64,000 nucleotides of DNA from Minisyncoccota bacterium (lineage in GTDB: Bacteria > Patescibacteriota > Minisyncoccia > Phycocordibacterales > JAGLOS01): contig JAGLOS010000001.1 of assembly GCA_023137615.1 (NCBI GenBank), positions 1,067 through 65,066 of the forward strand, given 5' to 3'. Position 1 is the first letter of the stretch; each line of letters begins with the position of its first letter. Made by a program: the position numbers and the translations under genes. The notes below the pieces were generated by a model. That model was not told the origin of the DNA, did no database searches, and saw only the letters and a program-made list of their open reading frames with translations. Below are positions 48,809 through 57,606 of the stretch, piece after piece.

Positions 48809-49306
48809 ATGACTTCTAGAAAAAACACAAAACAACGCGGCATGACATTGGTTGAAGTTATCACCTACTCCGCCCTTTTGATCATTATCACATCTGCAGT
48901 GGTGGGTATTGTACTCAACTTTGCGTCGGTATATGAATCAATACACGCATCAAATAAACTCCGAACATCGGCAGTGAGTGCGGCGGACCGTATTGTTTTT
49001 GAAATACGCAATGCACAGGATATTACTTCGGTAAGTAGTAACGATATTACTCTCACCAATATTTCCGGTGACACAATTGACTTTGCCCTCACCTCAGGCA
49101 AGATCACTATAGAAGAGAACGGCGGCGGCACACAAAACCTTACCGGGAGTGATGTCACCGCAACGACGCTCAATTTCGAACACCTTGGGTCCTCCGGCTC
49201 ATCAAACCAAGCGGTAACTGTTGTATTTACACTCGAAACCCCTTACAAAGACACCGTAAAACAAACATCGTTCCAAGACACAATTGTTCTAAGAGGCGCA
49301 TATTAA
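48809..49306 (+). CDS. type IV prepilin (PilW/GspJ-like)
   Basis: RG|MTLVEVI, DRIVFEIRNA. Confidence 0.85.
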   Translation: MTSRKNTKQRGMTLVEVITYSALLIIITSAVVGIVLNFASVYESIHASNKLRTSAVSAADRIVFEIRNAQDITSVSSNDITLTNISGDTIDFALTSGKITIEENGGGTQNLTGSDVTATTLNFEHLGSSGSSNQAVTVVFTLETPYKDTVKQTSFQDTIVLRGAY

Positions 49307-49394
49307 AATTGTTTTGATACTCCTTTCCCCCAAAGACAAATTTCTTTCCCCAATAATTCTCTACTTCTTTCTGTATGTTTGATACAATACATAT

Positions 49395-49892
49395 ATGGAA
49401 GAGATTAGAGAAAAAAGCCGTGAGGAACATGAGGGAGAAAAGCCGGTGCAATGGCAAACGCCAGAGTTCATATATTATACAAAACATCCTTTTTGGTATT
49501 GGATAGCAGGACTCATTACACTACTTGGCTCATTGAACGCTTATCTTTTAGACAATATTATGCTCTCGACGATCATATTGATCGGGGGAATATCAATGAT
49601 CGGTTTTGCCGACAAAAAACCAAAAATTCTTTCCTGTGAAATTAACTGGAAAGGTGTAACGATAGACGACACTACACACCGTTTTCATGAATTTGTTTCA
49701 TTTTGGATAGTAGAGAAAAAAGATGAAAATCTTCTTTTGCTTACTCCTCAAAAAACAATAGCCCAACAAACTGTTGTTCCTCTCGGCGACGCTGACCTAT
49801 ATACTGTACACTCTATTTTGTCCAAACATCTTCCGGAAGAACAAAGCTCCGAACCTTTCGCTCATAAGCTCACGGATCACTTGGGTTTTTAA
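49395..49892 (+). CDS. hypothetical membrane protein (2 TM plus PH-like domain)
   Basis: WQTPEF...K...WYW, two TM, SFWI. Confidence 0.75.
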   Translation: MEEIREKSREEHEGEKPVQWQTPEFIYYTKHPFWYWIAGLITLLGSLNAYLLDNIMLSTIILIGGISMIGFADKKPKILSCEINWKGVTIDDTTHRFHEFVSFWIVEKKDENLLLLTPQKTIAQQTVVPLGDADLYTVHSILSKHLPEEQSSEPFAHKLTDHLGF

Positions 49893-49942
49893 TTGTTTTG
49901 TGGTACCTTTCTAAAATATGAATGCGACACATTCTCGTTGTA

Positions 49943-49962
49943 CCTGCCTATCGGCAGACAGG
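49943..49962. repeat. 20-bp GC-rich palindromic unit
   Basis: cctgcctatcggcagacagg. Confidence 0.65.
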
Positions 49963-50014
49963 ATGTGGTAATGAGAAATAAAAAACATTTACAACAGATC
50001 TTCGAGTACAATAT

Positions 50015-50086
50015 CCTCTCGTCGTTCAACGGATAGGACATAGCTTTGCGGAAGCTAAAATGTAGGTTCGATTCCTGCCGAGAGGA
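50015..50086 (+). tRNA. tRNA-Arg(GCG)
   Basis: acceptor cctctcg/cgagagg, anticodon arm tagct-ttGCGga-agcta, GGTTCGATTCC. Confidence 0.92.
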
Positions 50087-50112
50087 CAACTGAAGAAAGT
50101 GAGGGGGGGGAA

Positions 50113-50131
50113 ATTCCTGCCGAGAGGACAA
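50113..50131 (+). repeat. duplicated 3' end of tRNA-Arg(GCG)
   Basis: attcctgccgagaggacaa identical to 50071-50089. Confidence 0.9.
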
Positions 50132-50176
50132 ACAGAGACTTCCCGCGCTGTCAGCGCGGAGCGATCGGAGAACAAC

Positions 50177-50254
50177 GAATGCGATCCGACACTTTCAACG
50201 ATTGAAAAAGGTGCAAAAGCGCTTAGTGTTGGCGTTGAGGATTTGATGGAATAA
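50177..50254 (+). pseudogene. XRE-family HTH C-terminal remnant
   Basis: ECDPTLSTIEKGAKALSVGVEDLME* resembles the Cro/C1 HTH tail; no start. Confidence 0.55.
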
Positions 50255-50256
50255 TT

Positions 50257-51447
50257 ATGTCGCAAATTTCAAAACAAAAGATCAAAGCAAATATTTGGAA
50301 AACTCAAGTATTCAAAATTGTGCAAAATCTTGCATTTTTCACACCTGTCGCTGTCTTATTTTGGCAGGAAAACGGACTGTCTCTTACCGAAATAATGATT
50401 TTGCAATCACTGTTTTCTGTTGCGCTTGTGTTGCTTGAGATTCCGTCAGGATATTTTGCTGACGTGTTCGGTCGCAGACCGTCACTCATTCTTGCTTCTG
50501 TATTTTATCTTGTCGCCGCAATTGGATACAGCTTGGGACACGACTTTGGCACATTCCTTATTGCTGAGTTGCTTTGGGCTGTTGCATGTGCATTTATTTC
50601 CGGCGCGGACTCCGCACTTGTTTATGACTCTTTGCAAAATGTTGGGGAAGAAAAAAATTATAAACGAATTTGGGGCAGTATTTCGTTTTGGGCCTTTTTG
50701 GCAGTTGCGTTTGGTGGAATAGTTGGCGGTTGGATTGGCAGTATAAACTTGCGATGGACATGGTACGCAATGATCCCAACTTTTGCTCTTTTAATTCCTA
50801 TCGCCTTGAGTTTGCAAGAGCCACACAGACACAGGCGCGTTGTCAAAAAGGGTTACATGTTGGAATTGCTAAAAACGATCAAGAGTATTTTTACCAACAA
50901 CCTAAAATTACGTTGGATCATAATTTACAGCGCAGTGATTCTCACTTTCAATCAAGCGGCTTTATGGCTCTATCAACCGTACATGAAAGAAACCGGGCTT
51001 GATATTGTATATTTTGGAATCGCATTTGCTTCATTCAACGTTGTCGCTGCTATCGGATCAAAATACGCCCACTTGTTTGAGAAACTTTTGGGAATGAAAA
51101 GGGTGCTCATTGCATTACCGATTTTTATATCAACGGCATATTTTTTGATGGGTAACTTCGCAATTGTTCTCGGATTTACTTTTGCATTTCTACAACAATT
51201 CGTACGTGGTGTAAAAGGACCAATCATTACCGATCACATAAATAAACTTACTCCTTCCGATATGCGCGCAACGATATTATCCGCCGAGGGATTTGTTGGT
51301 CGACTTGGTTACGCCGCTGTTATTCCGATTGCCGGCTGGGTTGCGGATGTTTACACACTTCAACAAGCATTCAATATCTTAGGGGTCACAACATTGGTTG
51401 TAAGCGGATTTGTTTTGCTTGTTTTACACAGACAGAAGATAATTTAA
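50257..51447 (+). CDS. MFS transporter
   Basis: LEIPSGYFADVFGRR motif A, SGADSALVYD, RATILS, about 12 TM. Confidence 0.92.
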   Translation: MSQISKQKIKANIWKTQVFKIVQNLAFFTPVAVLFWQENGLSLTEIMILQSLFSVALVLLEIPSGYFADVFGRRPSLILASVFYLVAAIGYSLGHDFGTFLIAELLWAVACAFISGADSALVYDSLQNVGEEKNYKRIWGSISFWAFLAVAFGGIVGGWIGSINLRWTWYAMIPTFALLIPIALSLQEPHRHRRVVKKGYMLELLKTIKSIFTNNLKLRWIIIYSAVILTFNQAALWLYQPYMKETGLDIVYFGIAFASFNVVAAIGSKYAHLFEKLLGMKRVLIALPIFISTAYFLMGNFAIVLGFTFAFLQQFVRGVKGPIITDHINKLTPSDMRATILSAEGFVGRLGYAAVIPIAGWVADVYTLQQAFNILGVTTLVVSGFVLLVLHRQKII

Positions 51448-51604
51448 TTATCAACAAAAAAGCAAATACTACTACTTAAAACAAGAGAGGTAACTACTGT
51501 CGTGTATAAGCGGTGGGTAAAACCTGTTGTGTGATAATTGACAAATATCCTGTATCAATTAGAACTAATGTAATTATAAGTACCTTAAAATAAATTATAT
51601 AAAT

Positions 51605-52054
51605 ATGAAAAAACATAAAAAAGTTATTTTTCTGGATATTGATGGAGTTCTCAATACTGGAGGATCAAACCATATCCATGGTCACGGGACTGCTATGGAT
51701 AAAAAGTGCGTTGAGGTGTTGAGAAAAATTGTGGAAGAATTTAATGCTGTGATCGTTATATCATCAGCGTGGAGAATCGGTCCCGGAATTCTAAGAATAA
51801 AAAAGGGGTTAAGTTGGGTTGGTTGGGATAATCCGCCCATCATTGGAAAAACTCCCAACCTTAATCTTTTGAAAGAAAGACGAGGAAAAGAGATCCAACA
51901 TTGGCTCTCCCATAATCCTACAGAATCATATATAATAATCGAGGATGAGCCTTGCGACTTATTGAAAGAACAATTCCCTTTTCTTGTACAACCAAGTTCT
52001 ACTGATGGTTTACAAGAAAAGCATCTTCAGCAAATACGCAATATGTGGAAATAA
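51605..52054 (+). CDS. HAD-family protein (HAD_SAK_2-like)
   Basis: VIFLDIDGVLN, IVISSAWR, RGKEI..WL, YIIIED. Confidence 0.85.
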   Translation: MKKHKKVIFLDIDGVLNTGGSNHIHGHGTAMDKKCVEVLRKIVEEFNAVIVISSAWRIGPGILRIKKGLSWVGWDNPPIIGKTPNLNLLKERRGKEIQHWLSHNPTESYIIIEDEPCDLLKEQFPFLVQPSSTDGLQEKHLQQIRNMWK

Positions 52055-52055
52055 C

Positions 52056-52083
52056 AAAAAACCGCCTTTCGGCGGTTTTTTTA
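52056..52083. terminator. intrinsic terminator
   Basis: aaaaaccgcc-tttc-ggcggttttt. Confidence 0.75.
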
Positions 52084-52371
52084 TTAGCGACGTAGAGCGA
52101 GCGGAATGTAAAAGTGGAGCGAAACGCAACTTTTACATTTCCAAGCCGAGGATCTAATATCGGATAAACCCGTCTGCCGGCAGGCGGGTACTCCGTCGGC
52201 TTGCTGCGGGAAAATGTGAGCAAAACGAATTCAAAATTGAGTCCAGAGTGAGAAGCGAATACTTGGAGCTTCGCAAGACTCATTGAGAGCTTTTATGAGC
52301 AAAGCGAAATAAAAGATCCAATGAGTGGACAGAACCTGTAAGGTTTGCTCTGGGGTTTAATACCTGTTATT
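52081..52371 (-). repeat. composite palindromic intergenic repeat, copy 2, with two nested insertions
   Basis: reverse complement of 18399-18574 plus inserts at 52169-52188 and about 52249-52344. Confidence 0.85.
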
Positions 52372-52387
52372 TTTCAGTTTCTAAAAA

Positions 52388-52657
52388 TTATTTTGCAACC
52401 ACTTTCCGAATCGATCTTACCAGTCGGGATTTTTTTCGAGCTGCATTATTTTTCTTGATGACCCCGCCTTTTACGGCTTTATCGATCGCTTTATATGTTT
52501 TTGAAAGCAACTCTTCCGCGCTCTTTGAGTCCTTCTTCTTTACAAGATCTTTTACTTCCTTTATCGTGTTTTTCATTACTCGTTTTCGACGTTCGTTAAA
52601 AACTCTCTTTCGAAGAGATGCCTCGTGTGCTTTCTTTGCTCCTTTTGTAATTGCCAT
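52388..52657 (-). CDS. rpsT: 30S ribosomal protein S20
   Basis: AKKA......RVFN, IDKAVKGGVIKKNNAARKKSRL. Confidence 0.95.
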   Translation of the reverse strand: MAITKGAKKAHEASLRKRVFNERRKRVMKNTIKEVKDLVKKKDSKSAEELLSKTYKAIDKAVKGGVIKKNNAARKKSRLVRSIRKVVAK

Positions 52658-52732
52658 GATTTCAAGAGTATACCGTATATTATGAAAAAAGCAAGAGTTT
52701 CAGAACTCGCTAATATCTTGTATTATTAACTT

Positions 52733-53314
52733 ATGATAGGATATCTCACGGGAAAGATCATCTATAATGATGAAAAACATATCATCTTGGATGTAAATGA
52801 TGTCGGATACAAAATATACGTGTCTATGGACACATTAAGCTGTCTTTCGACAGAAAAAGAGATCTCTCTTTGGATACATACCGTAGTACGTGAAGATACG
52901 CTGGATCTTTACGGCTTCAACACAGGACAAGAACTTTCGTTCTTCAAACTGGTTATTGGAGTATCGGGTATTGGACCAAAGGGGGCTCTTGGTGTCATGG
53001 ATATTGCACCGGTAGAAACACTCACTTCTGCAATTGCAGCAGGTGACACGTCGTACCTTACCAAAGTGTCCGGGGTTGGTAAAAAGATCGCTGAGAAGAT
53101 CGTGCTTGAGCTCAGAGACAAGGTTGACACAACAGGAACGGCTACGGAAGAAACGGGCGTAATACGCCATGAAGACCTCGATGTTCTCGAAGCCCTTAAG
53201 TCTCTCGGTTATCGTGAACACGAAGCAAGGGAAGCGGTCAAAAACCTCTCAAAAAACGTCGCCGGCACCAGTCAAAAAATAACCGAGGCACTAAAACTAT
53301 TAAGCAATGATTAG
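52733..53314 (+). CDS. ruvA: Holliday junction branch migration protein RuvA
   Basis: MIGYLTG, VGYKI, VREDTLDLYGF, VSGIGPK, GVGKKIAEKIVLELRDK, ALKSLGY. Confidence 0.97.
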   Translation: MIGYLTGKIIYNDEKHIILDVNDVGYKIYVSMDTLSCLSTEKEISLWIHTVVREDTLDLYGFNTGQELSFFKLVIGVSGIGPKGALGVMDIAPVETLTSAIAAGDTSYLTKVSGVGKKIAEKIVLELRDKVDTTGTATEETGVIRHEDLDVLEALKSLGYREHEAREAVKNLSKNVAGTSQKITEALKLLSND

Positions 53315-54581
53315 CATGGAATTCATTTTGCGAATAACAAAAAAGTTAATTCCGAATTTTATTTTTTCGGCATTACAACCGGTATATCATTATCTTTTTG
53401 CATTCTGCAGCGCTGTTCGCTTCGGTTCCCCCTCCCGAAAGATCTTTGTAGTAGGAGTGACCGGTACCAAAGGCAAATCAAGCACCACCGAGATCATCAA
53501 CGCACTGCTTGAAGGTGCGGGATACAAAACTGCGATGGTAAATGGTATTCGTTTTAAGGTTGGTAACGATTCCATACCAAACAAACTCAAGATGACTATG
53601 CCAGGACGAATGCTTATTCAGCAATATATTAAAAAAGCCGTTGCCGCTAAATGCGATTATTTTATTTTGGAAATGACTTCAGAGGGAGCGAAGCAGTTTC
53701 GCCATAAATTTTTAAATCTTGACACTCTTATTTTCACAAACATATCACCGGAGCATATAGAATCCCACGGCTCGTATGAAAAATATCTACAGGCAAAACT
53801 CTCTATCGCGCAAGAGCTAAAAAACTCTTGCAAAAGAAAAACTACTGTCATTGCAAACATCGATGATAAAGAGGGTGAAAAATTTCTTGCGGCAGGCATG
53901 GGTAAAAAAATATCTTTTTCTTTAAATGATCTTATCTCTTTCAAATTAAAAGATAACGGTATTGATCTCGTTTACATGGGTGAAAAATATTCTTCTCCGC
54001 TTTTGGGAAAATTCAATCTTTATAATATTCTCGCCGCAATGACTTTTGCAAAAAGTATCGACGTTTCAAACAAAGAAACAAGAGAATCTCTGAAAAATTT
54101 TCCCGGTATTCGAGGACGTGTTGAAAAAGTAAAGGCAGGGCAAGATTTTGACGTAGTAGTTGACTATGCTCACACCGCTGATTCACTCCGGCAATTTTAC
54201 GGCGCTTTCGAAGGGAAAAGAAAGATTTGTGTTCTAGGCTCATGCGGAGGTGGACGCGACAACTGGAAACGTCCTGATATGGGCGCGGTGGCTGACACTT
54301 TTTGTGACACGATAATCCTCGCCAACGAAGACCCTTACGATGAAGACCCGATGCAAATAATAAACGATGTCGCCGGTGGAATTAAAAACCATAAGCCAAT
54401 TATTACTTTAGACCGACGCAAAGCTATCGCGCGCGCTCTTGGAGAAGCCCGCGTCGGGGATGCGGTCCTCATCACCGGCAAAGGCACTGACCCATATATA
54501 ATGGAAGCAAACGGTAAAAAGATTCAATGGGACGATGCGACTGTAGCAAGAGAGGAGTTGGGGAAGTTCTTAAATTTCTAA
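53307..54581 (+). CDS. murE: UDP-MurNAc-tripeptide synthetase
   Basis: GVTGTKGKSST, EMTSEG, EHIESHG, VDYAHT, GGGRD..KR..MG, EDPYDEDP, TGKG. Confidence 0.9.
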   Translation: MISMEFILRITKKLIPNFIFSALQPVYHYLFAFCSAVRFGSPSRKIFVVGVTGTKGKSSTTEIINALLEGAGYKTAMVNGIRFKVGNDSIPNKLKMTMPGRMLIQQYIKKAVAAKCDYFILEMTSEGAKQFRHKFLNLDTLIFTNISPEHIESHGSYEKYLQAKLSIAQELKNSCKRKTTVIANIDDKEGEKFLAAGMGKKISFSLNDLISFKLKDNGIDLVYMGEKYSSPLLGKFNLYNILAAMTFAKSIDVSNKETRESLKNFPGIRGRVEKVKAGQDFDVVVDYAHTADSLRQFYGAFEGKRKICVLGSCGGGRDNWKRPDMGAVADTFCDTIILANEDPYDEDPMQIINDVAGGIKNHKPIITLDRRKAIARALGEARVGDAVLITGKGTDPYIMEANGKKIQWDDATVAREELGKFLNF

Positions 54582-55045
54582 CTATCTAAAATTCTAAACA
54601 ATGCGATCCCCGCTGTCACTGAAACATTCAACGATTCCTTTTCCCCTTTCATCGGTACCTCCGCGATGATGTCACATTTATCTAAAACTTCCTTTTCAAT
54701 ACCATCGGGTTCATTTCCAAAAACAAAAGCTATCTTTCCTTCTACCTTGATCTCTTTATAATCTACAGAATTTTCATTCTGCTCTATAGCAACCACTTTA
54801 AACCCCTCTTTCTGAAGTTTTGGTATTAAATTTTTTATATCTTCTACATATTCCCAATTTACTGACTTCTCTGCACCAAGTGCCACCTTCGCAAGGTCCG
54901 ACCTTGCAATATTAAAACGATCTACCGGCTGTGGAGTATACCCGCACAAAACTATTTCATCTATCCCCGCCGCATCACACGTGCGGAAGATCGAGCCGAC
55001 ATTATAGACACTTCGAACATTATAAAGAATTACTTTTGTTTGCAT
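54578..55045 (-). CDS. TrmH/SpoU family RNA methyltransferase
   Basis: NVRSVYNVGSIFRTCDA, FGNEPDG, PMKGEKESLNVSV. Confidence 0.93.
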   Translation of the reverse strand: MQTKVILYNVRSVYNVGSIFRTCDAAGIDEIVLCGYTPQPVDRFNIARSDLAKVALGAEKSVNWEYVEDIKNLIPKLQKEGFKVVAIEQNENSVDYKEIKVEGKIAFVFGNEPDGIEKEVLDKCDIIAEVPMKGEKESLNVSVTAGIALFRILDS

Positions 55046-55166
55046 ATTTCACAACAATATCAGCAAACAACACACTCCACAACCTCTTGTTTTTTCACTC
55101 TTTTGTGGTATTATCGTTATGTTAAACAACTCCCGAAAGGGATTTTTTAACATTAGCTTTTAATAT

Positions 55167-55239
55167 CCGCCCATAGCTCAGTTGGTAGAGCAGTTGCCTT
55201 TTAAGCAAACGGTCGTAGGTTCAAGTCCTACTGGGCGGA
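55167..55239 (+). tRNA. tRNA-Lys(UUU)
   Basis: cloverleaf, loop ct-TTT-aa, GGTTCAAGTCC. Confidence 0.93.
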
Positions 55240-55695
55240 CAAGCGCAAAACAAAAGCACCCGTTTAGGGTGCTTTTGTTTTAGCAAGCAAACTGCTTTGC
55301 TTGCGACGCTTGTCCGAGGCGGAACCATAATTTTTCTGTAATGAAATGGAAGAAAAATAGGTGAGCCGGGGTCGCGAGCACTTAGCAGATTTGAATCTGA
55401 GTTTACGAAGATGCGACATTGTTTTCTTATGAGTGAAACGAATTAGAAAACAAGAAGTGCCCTTGTGGTGAAAAATATGCTTAGTGACTTGTGACGACAA
55501 TGGATCTGAACGGCGGAGCATGGGTCCCTGCCTGAAACGAAGTGTAAGGTAGGGCTGCGAGCCGCGTCCAGCGACACTTACTAGATTTCGAGTGAAGCGG
55601 AGAAATATAGTTAGTGATTGTGGGACAAGTCCTGTGTTTATCTTTAAATTCGAGCCTTGCGAGAACAAAAAATATGCTTAGTGACTTGTGACGAC
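55240..55695 (+). repeat. tRNA-Lys-linked nested element
   Basis: cores homologous to the Leu and Val elements; 28-bp direct repeat 55471-55498 / 55668-55695. Confidence 0.85.
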
Positions 55696-55834
55696 TGTAA
55701 ATCAGTAAACCGGAGGTTTTCCTTGTTTTCCCAACAGAACTTGTGACAAAGTTCTATAAATATTTCTGTCTCTTATAAATTTAAACGTTTTTGCAAAACC
55801 AACACAAGCTATTATTTTCTGTTATCATATACCC

Positions 55835-56077
55835 ATGTCTAAAAAGAAAAAAGACAATACTAATATCGAACATATCGTCTCCGAAATACAATCACTTCAT
55901 GCCAACCTTGATGAATTTCGTAAGGGAATTGAAAAAATAGAAAATTACCCAAAAGAAAAAGATGCTGAAGCGGTCGGCTATCATCATGAAAATCTTGTTT
56001 TGGACCTTAAGCAAATTGCCGACAAAATAGAAAAACTTCCTGAAAAATGGGAGAAAGAAAATACTAAGGACAATTAA
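55835..56077 (+). CDS. hypothetical helical protein
   Basis: 80-aa ORF; TATCAT 6 nt before the ATG. Confidence 0.6.
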   Translation: MSKKKKDNTNIEHIVSEIQSLHANLDEFRKGIEKIENYPKEKDAEAVGYHHENLVLDLKQIADKIEKLPEKWEKENTKDN

Positions 56078-56784
56078 CTCTTTTGGATAACATCCCAGAC
56101 CGGAACCCCCAGAAAAATAGAGAGTTTTTGTGCATCTTTTCGTATTTTATTTAGGTTGCCATGATCTATCACATTCACCCTTTTGGAATTTTGTAATACT
56201 AAATTGAGTTCATAACTATAATATGAACCGTTTTTGCCAGATATACGCTCCTTTATTATTTGAAGGGCATGGATCTCTCTAAACGGGATCACTTTATTTT
56301 TTTGTCGCTCATCATGTGCCAAAACCGGCTCCTTATATCCCTTCCAAAAAAATCCTCTGCTTTTGTCAAAAACAATAGGTTTTGAAAAAGTTCTTAACAT
56401 AAAAACACCCGCAATAACAAAAATAAGAGGGACTAACAAAAAAGTTATTGGAAAAAGACCTTCCGAAAAAGAACTGTTAAAAAAAGAAACAGCTGTACAA
56501 CCCACACCGACAGCAATAGCTATAAAAAGGAGAGGAAATAGACGAGCCATGGCTGTCGGTTTAAATTCATATCTGGATCGAGACACTTCAACCAACTTAC
56601 GTGTTGCAAAACTCGCGCCCCCACCTTTGAGATGTTTCCAGTTTGTTTTCAATGCTATCGAGTCGTTTATCTTTCTATCAGTAAAAGCTCCGTGGATCTT
56701 TTCTTTTCTTGATCGTTTTTTATTTTTATTGAATACATAAATAAAAATAATTATATACAAACCAAATATGAGAGTATTGAACAT
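56074..56784 (-). CDS. hypothetical membrane protein
   Basis: GGGASFATRKL, TM helices, PIVFDK, YSYELNLVL, RVNVIDH. Confidence 0.78.
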   Translation of the reverse strand: MFNTLIFGLYIIIFIYVFNKNKKRSRKEKIHGAFTDRKINDSIALKTNWKHLKGGGASFATRKLVEVSRSRYEFKPTAMARLFPLLFIAIAVGVGCTAVSFFNSSFSEGLFPITFLLVPLIFVIAGVFMLRTFSKPIVFDKSRGFFWKGYKEPVLAHDERQKNKVIPFREIHALQIIKERISGKNGSYYSYELNLVLQNSKRVNVIDHGNLNKIRKDAQKLSIFLGVPVWDVIQKS

Positions 56785-56788
56785 ATGT

Positions 56789-57520
56789 CTATAAGTTTAA
56801 CACGAACTTTTCTAACGCAACACCAAGCTCGTCCCCTCCTCCCCGCGCATTGTGGTAGGCATGCAGCAGTGTACGAGAATGATTCTCGAGTTCGTTCTCT
56901 TCAAAATTTTTAGTGAACCCTTTCGTTTTGGTGACCACAAAAGGATGGAGCCCAAGTTTACCGATATTAACCCCCTCTTTCTCTGCGCGTTTCAAAAGTG
57001 CCATATTTTTTATCTGTGTAAAAAGTGTTCCGTGTATTTGCTCCGGAACAACGCCTGCACGAAGAGCTTGAACATAAAGTATCCATAATTGTTTTTTATC
57101 TTTTTTGCCAAGAGCATCGCTGAGTGCAAAAATATTAAATTCCTGTTTTTTCTTTTCAATCCTCTTTGTATCAAAAATCTCTGCTTTTATCGCAACTTTT
57201 TCAATCTTGGTAAATGTCGGCTTGGCAAGTTTATTCTCACTTATCACAAACGCATTCTCCGATTCGGCAAGCTCATCGAGGTGTTTTAAAACAAACTCTC
57301 GCGCGTCTTTGTTTTCCATCACACGATGCAGATGTACAATAAATTTTTTATCAAAAAGCCCCTGACTGAATATCAATTCTTCAAACTGTGCTTCGTCAAA
57401 ACTCTCGTCATCCATCTTAAAAAAACCGGCATCCGGACGTTTTATTTTCAATCCCTCAAGGCGCTTTTTCGCCTGAGTCAAAACTTTATCTATTTCTTGT
57501 CCATATATGAAAACGATCAT
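56789..57520 (-). CDS. holA: DNA polymerase III delta subunit-like (short form)
   Basis: FIYG start, SQGLF, FNIFALSDAL, LHPFVV.K; follows polA. Confidence 0.75.
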   Translation of the reverse strand: MIVFIYGQEIDKVLTQAKKRLEGLKIKRPDAGFFKMDDESFDEAQFEELIFSQGLFDKKFIVHLHRVMENKDAREFVLKHLDELAESENAFVISENKLAKPTFTKIEKVAIKAEIFDTKRIEKKKQEFNIFALSDALGKKDKKQLWILYVQALRAGVVPEQIHGTLFTQIKNMALLKRAEKEGVNIGKLGLHPFVVTKTKGFTKNFEENELENHSRTLLHAYHNARGGGDELGVALEKFVLNL

Positions 57521-57606
57521 AAAACTAGTATATAGTATAAAGTATCTAGTATCTAGCAAACACAAAAACGCACGGGCTTCGCCCACATGTTTTTACTTTA
57601 TACTAT

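Noticed and set aside
51999-52283. 94-aa minus-strand ORF
   Set aside because: Reads through the composite repeat and a terminator.
55264-55668. 134-aa minus-strand ORF
   Set aside because: Entirely within the tRNA-Lys-linked element.
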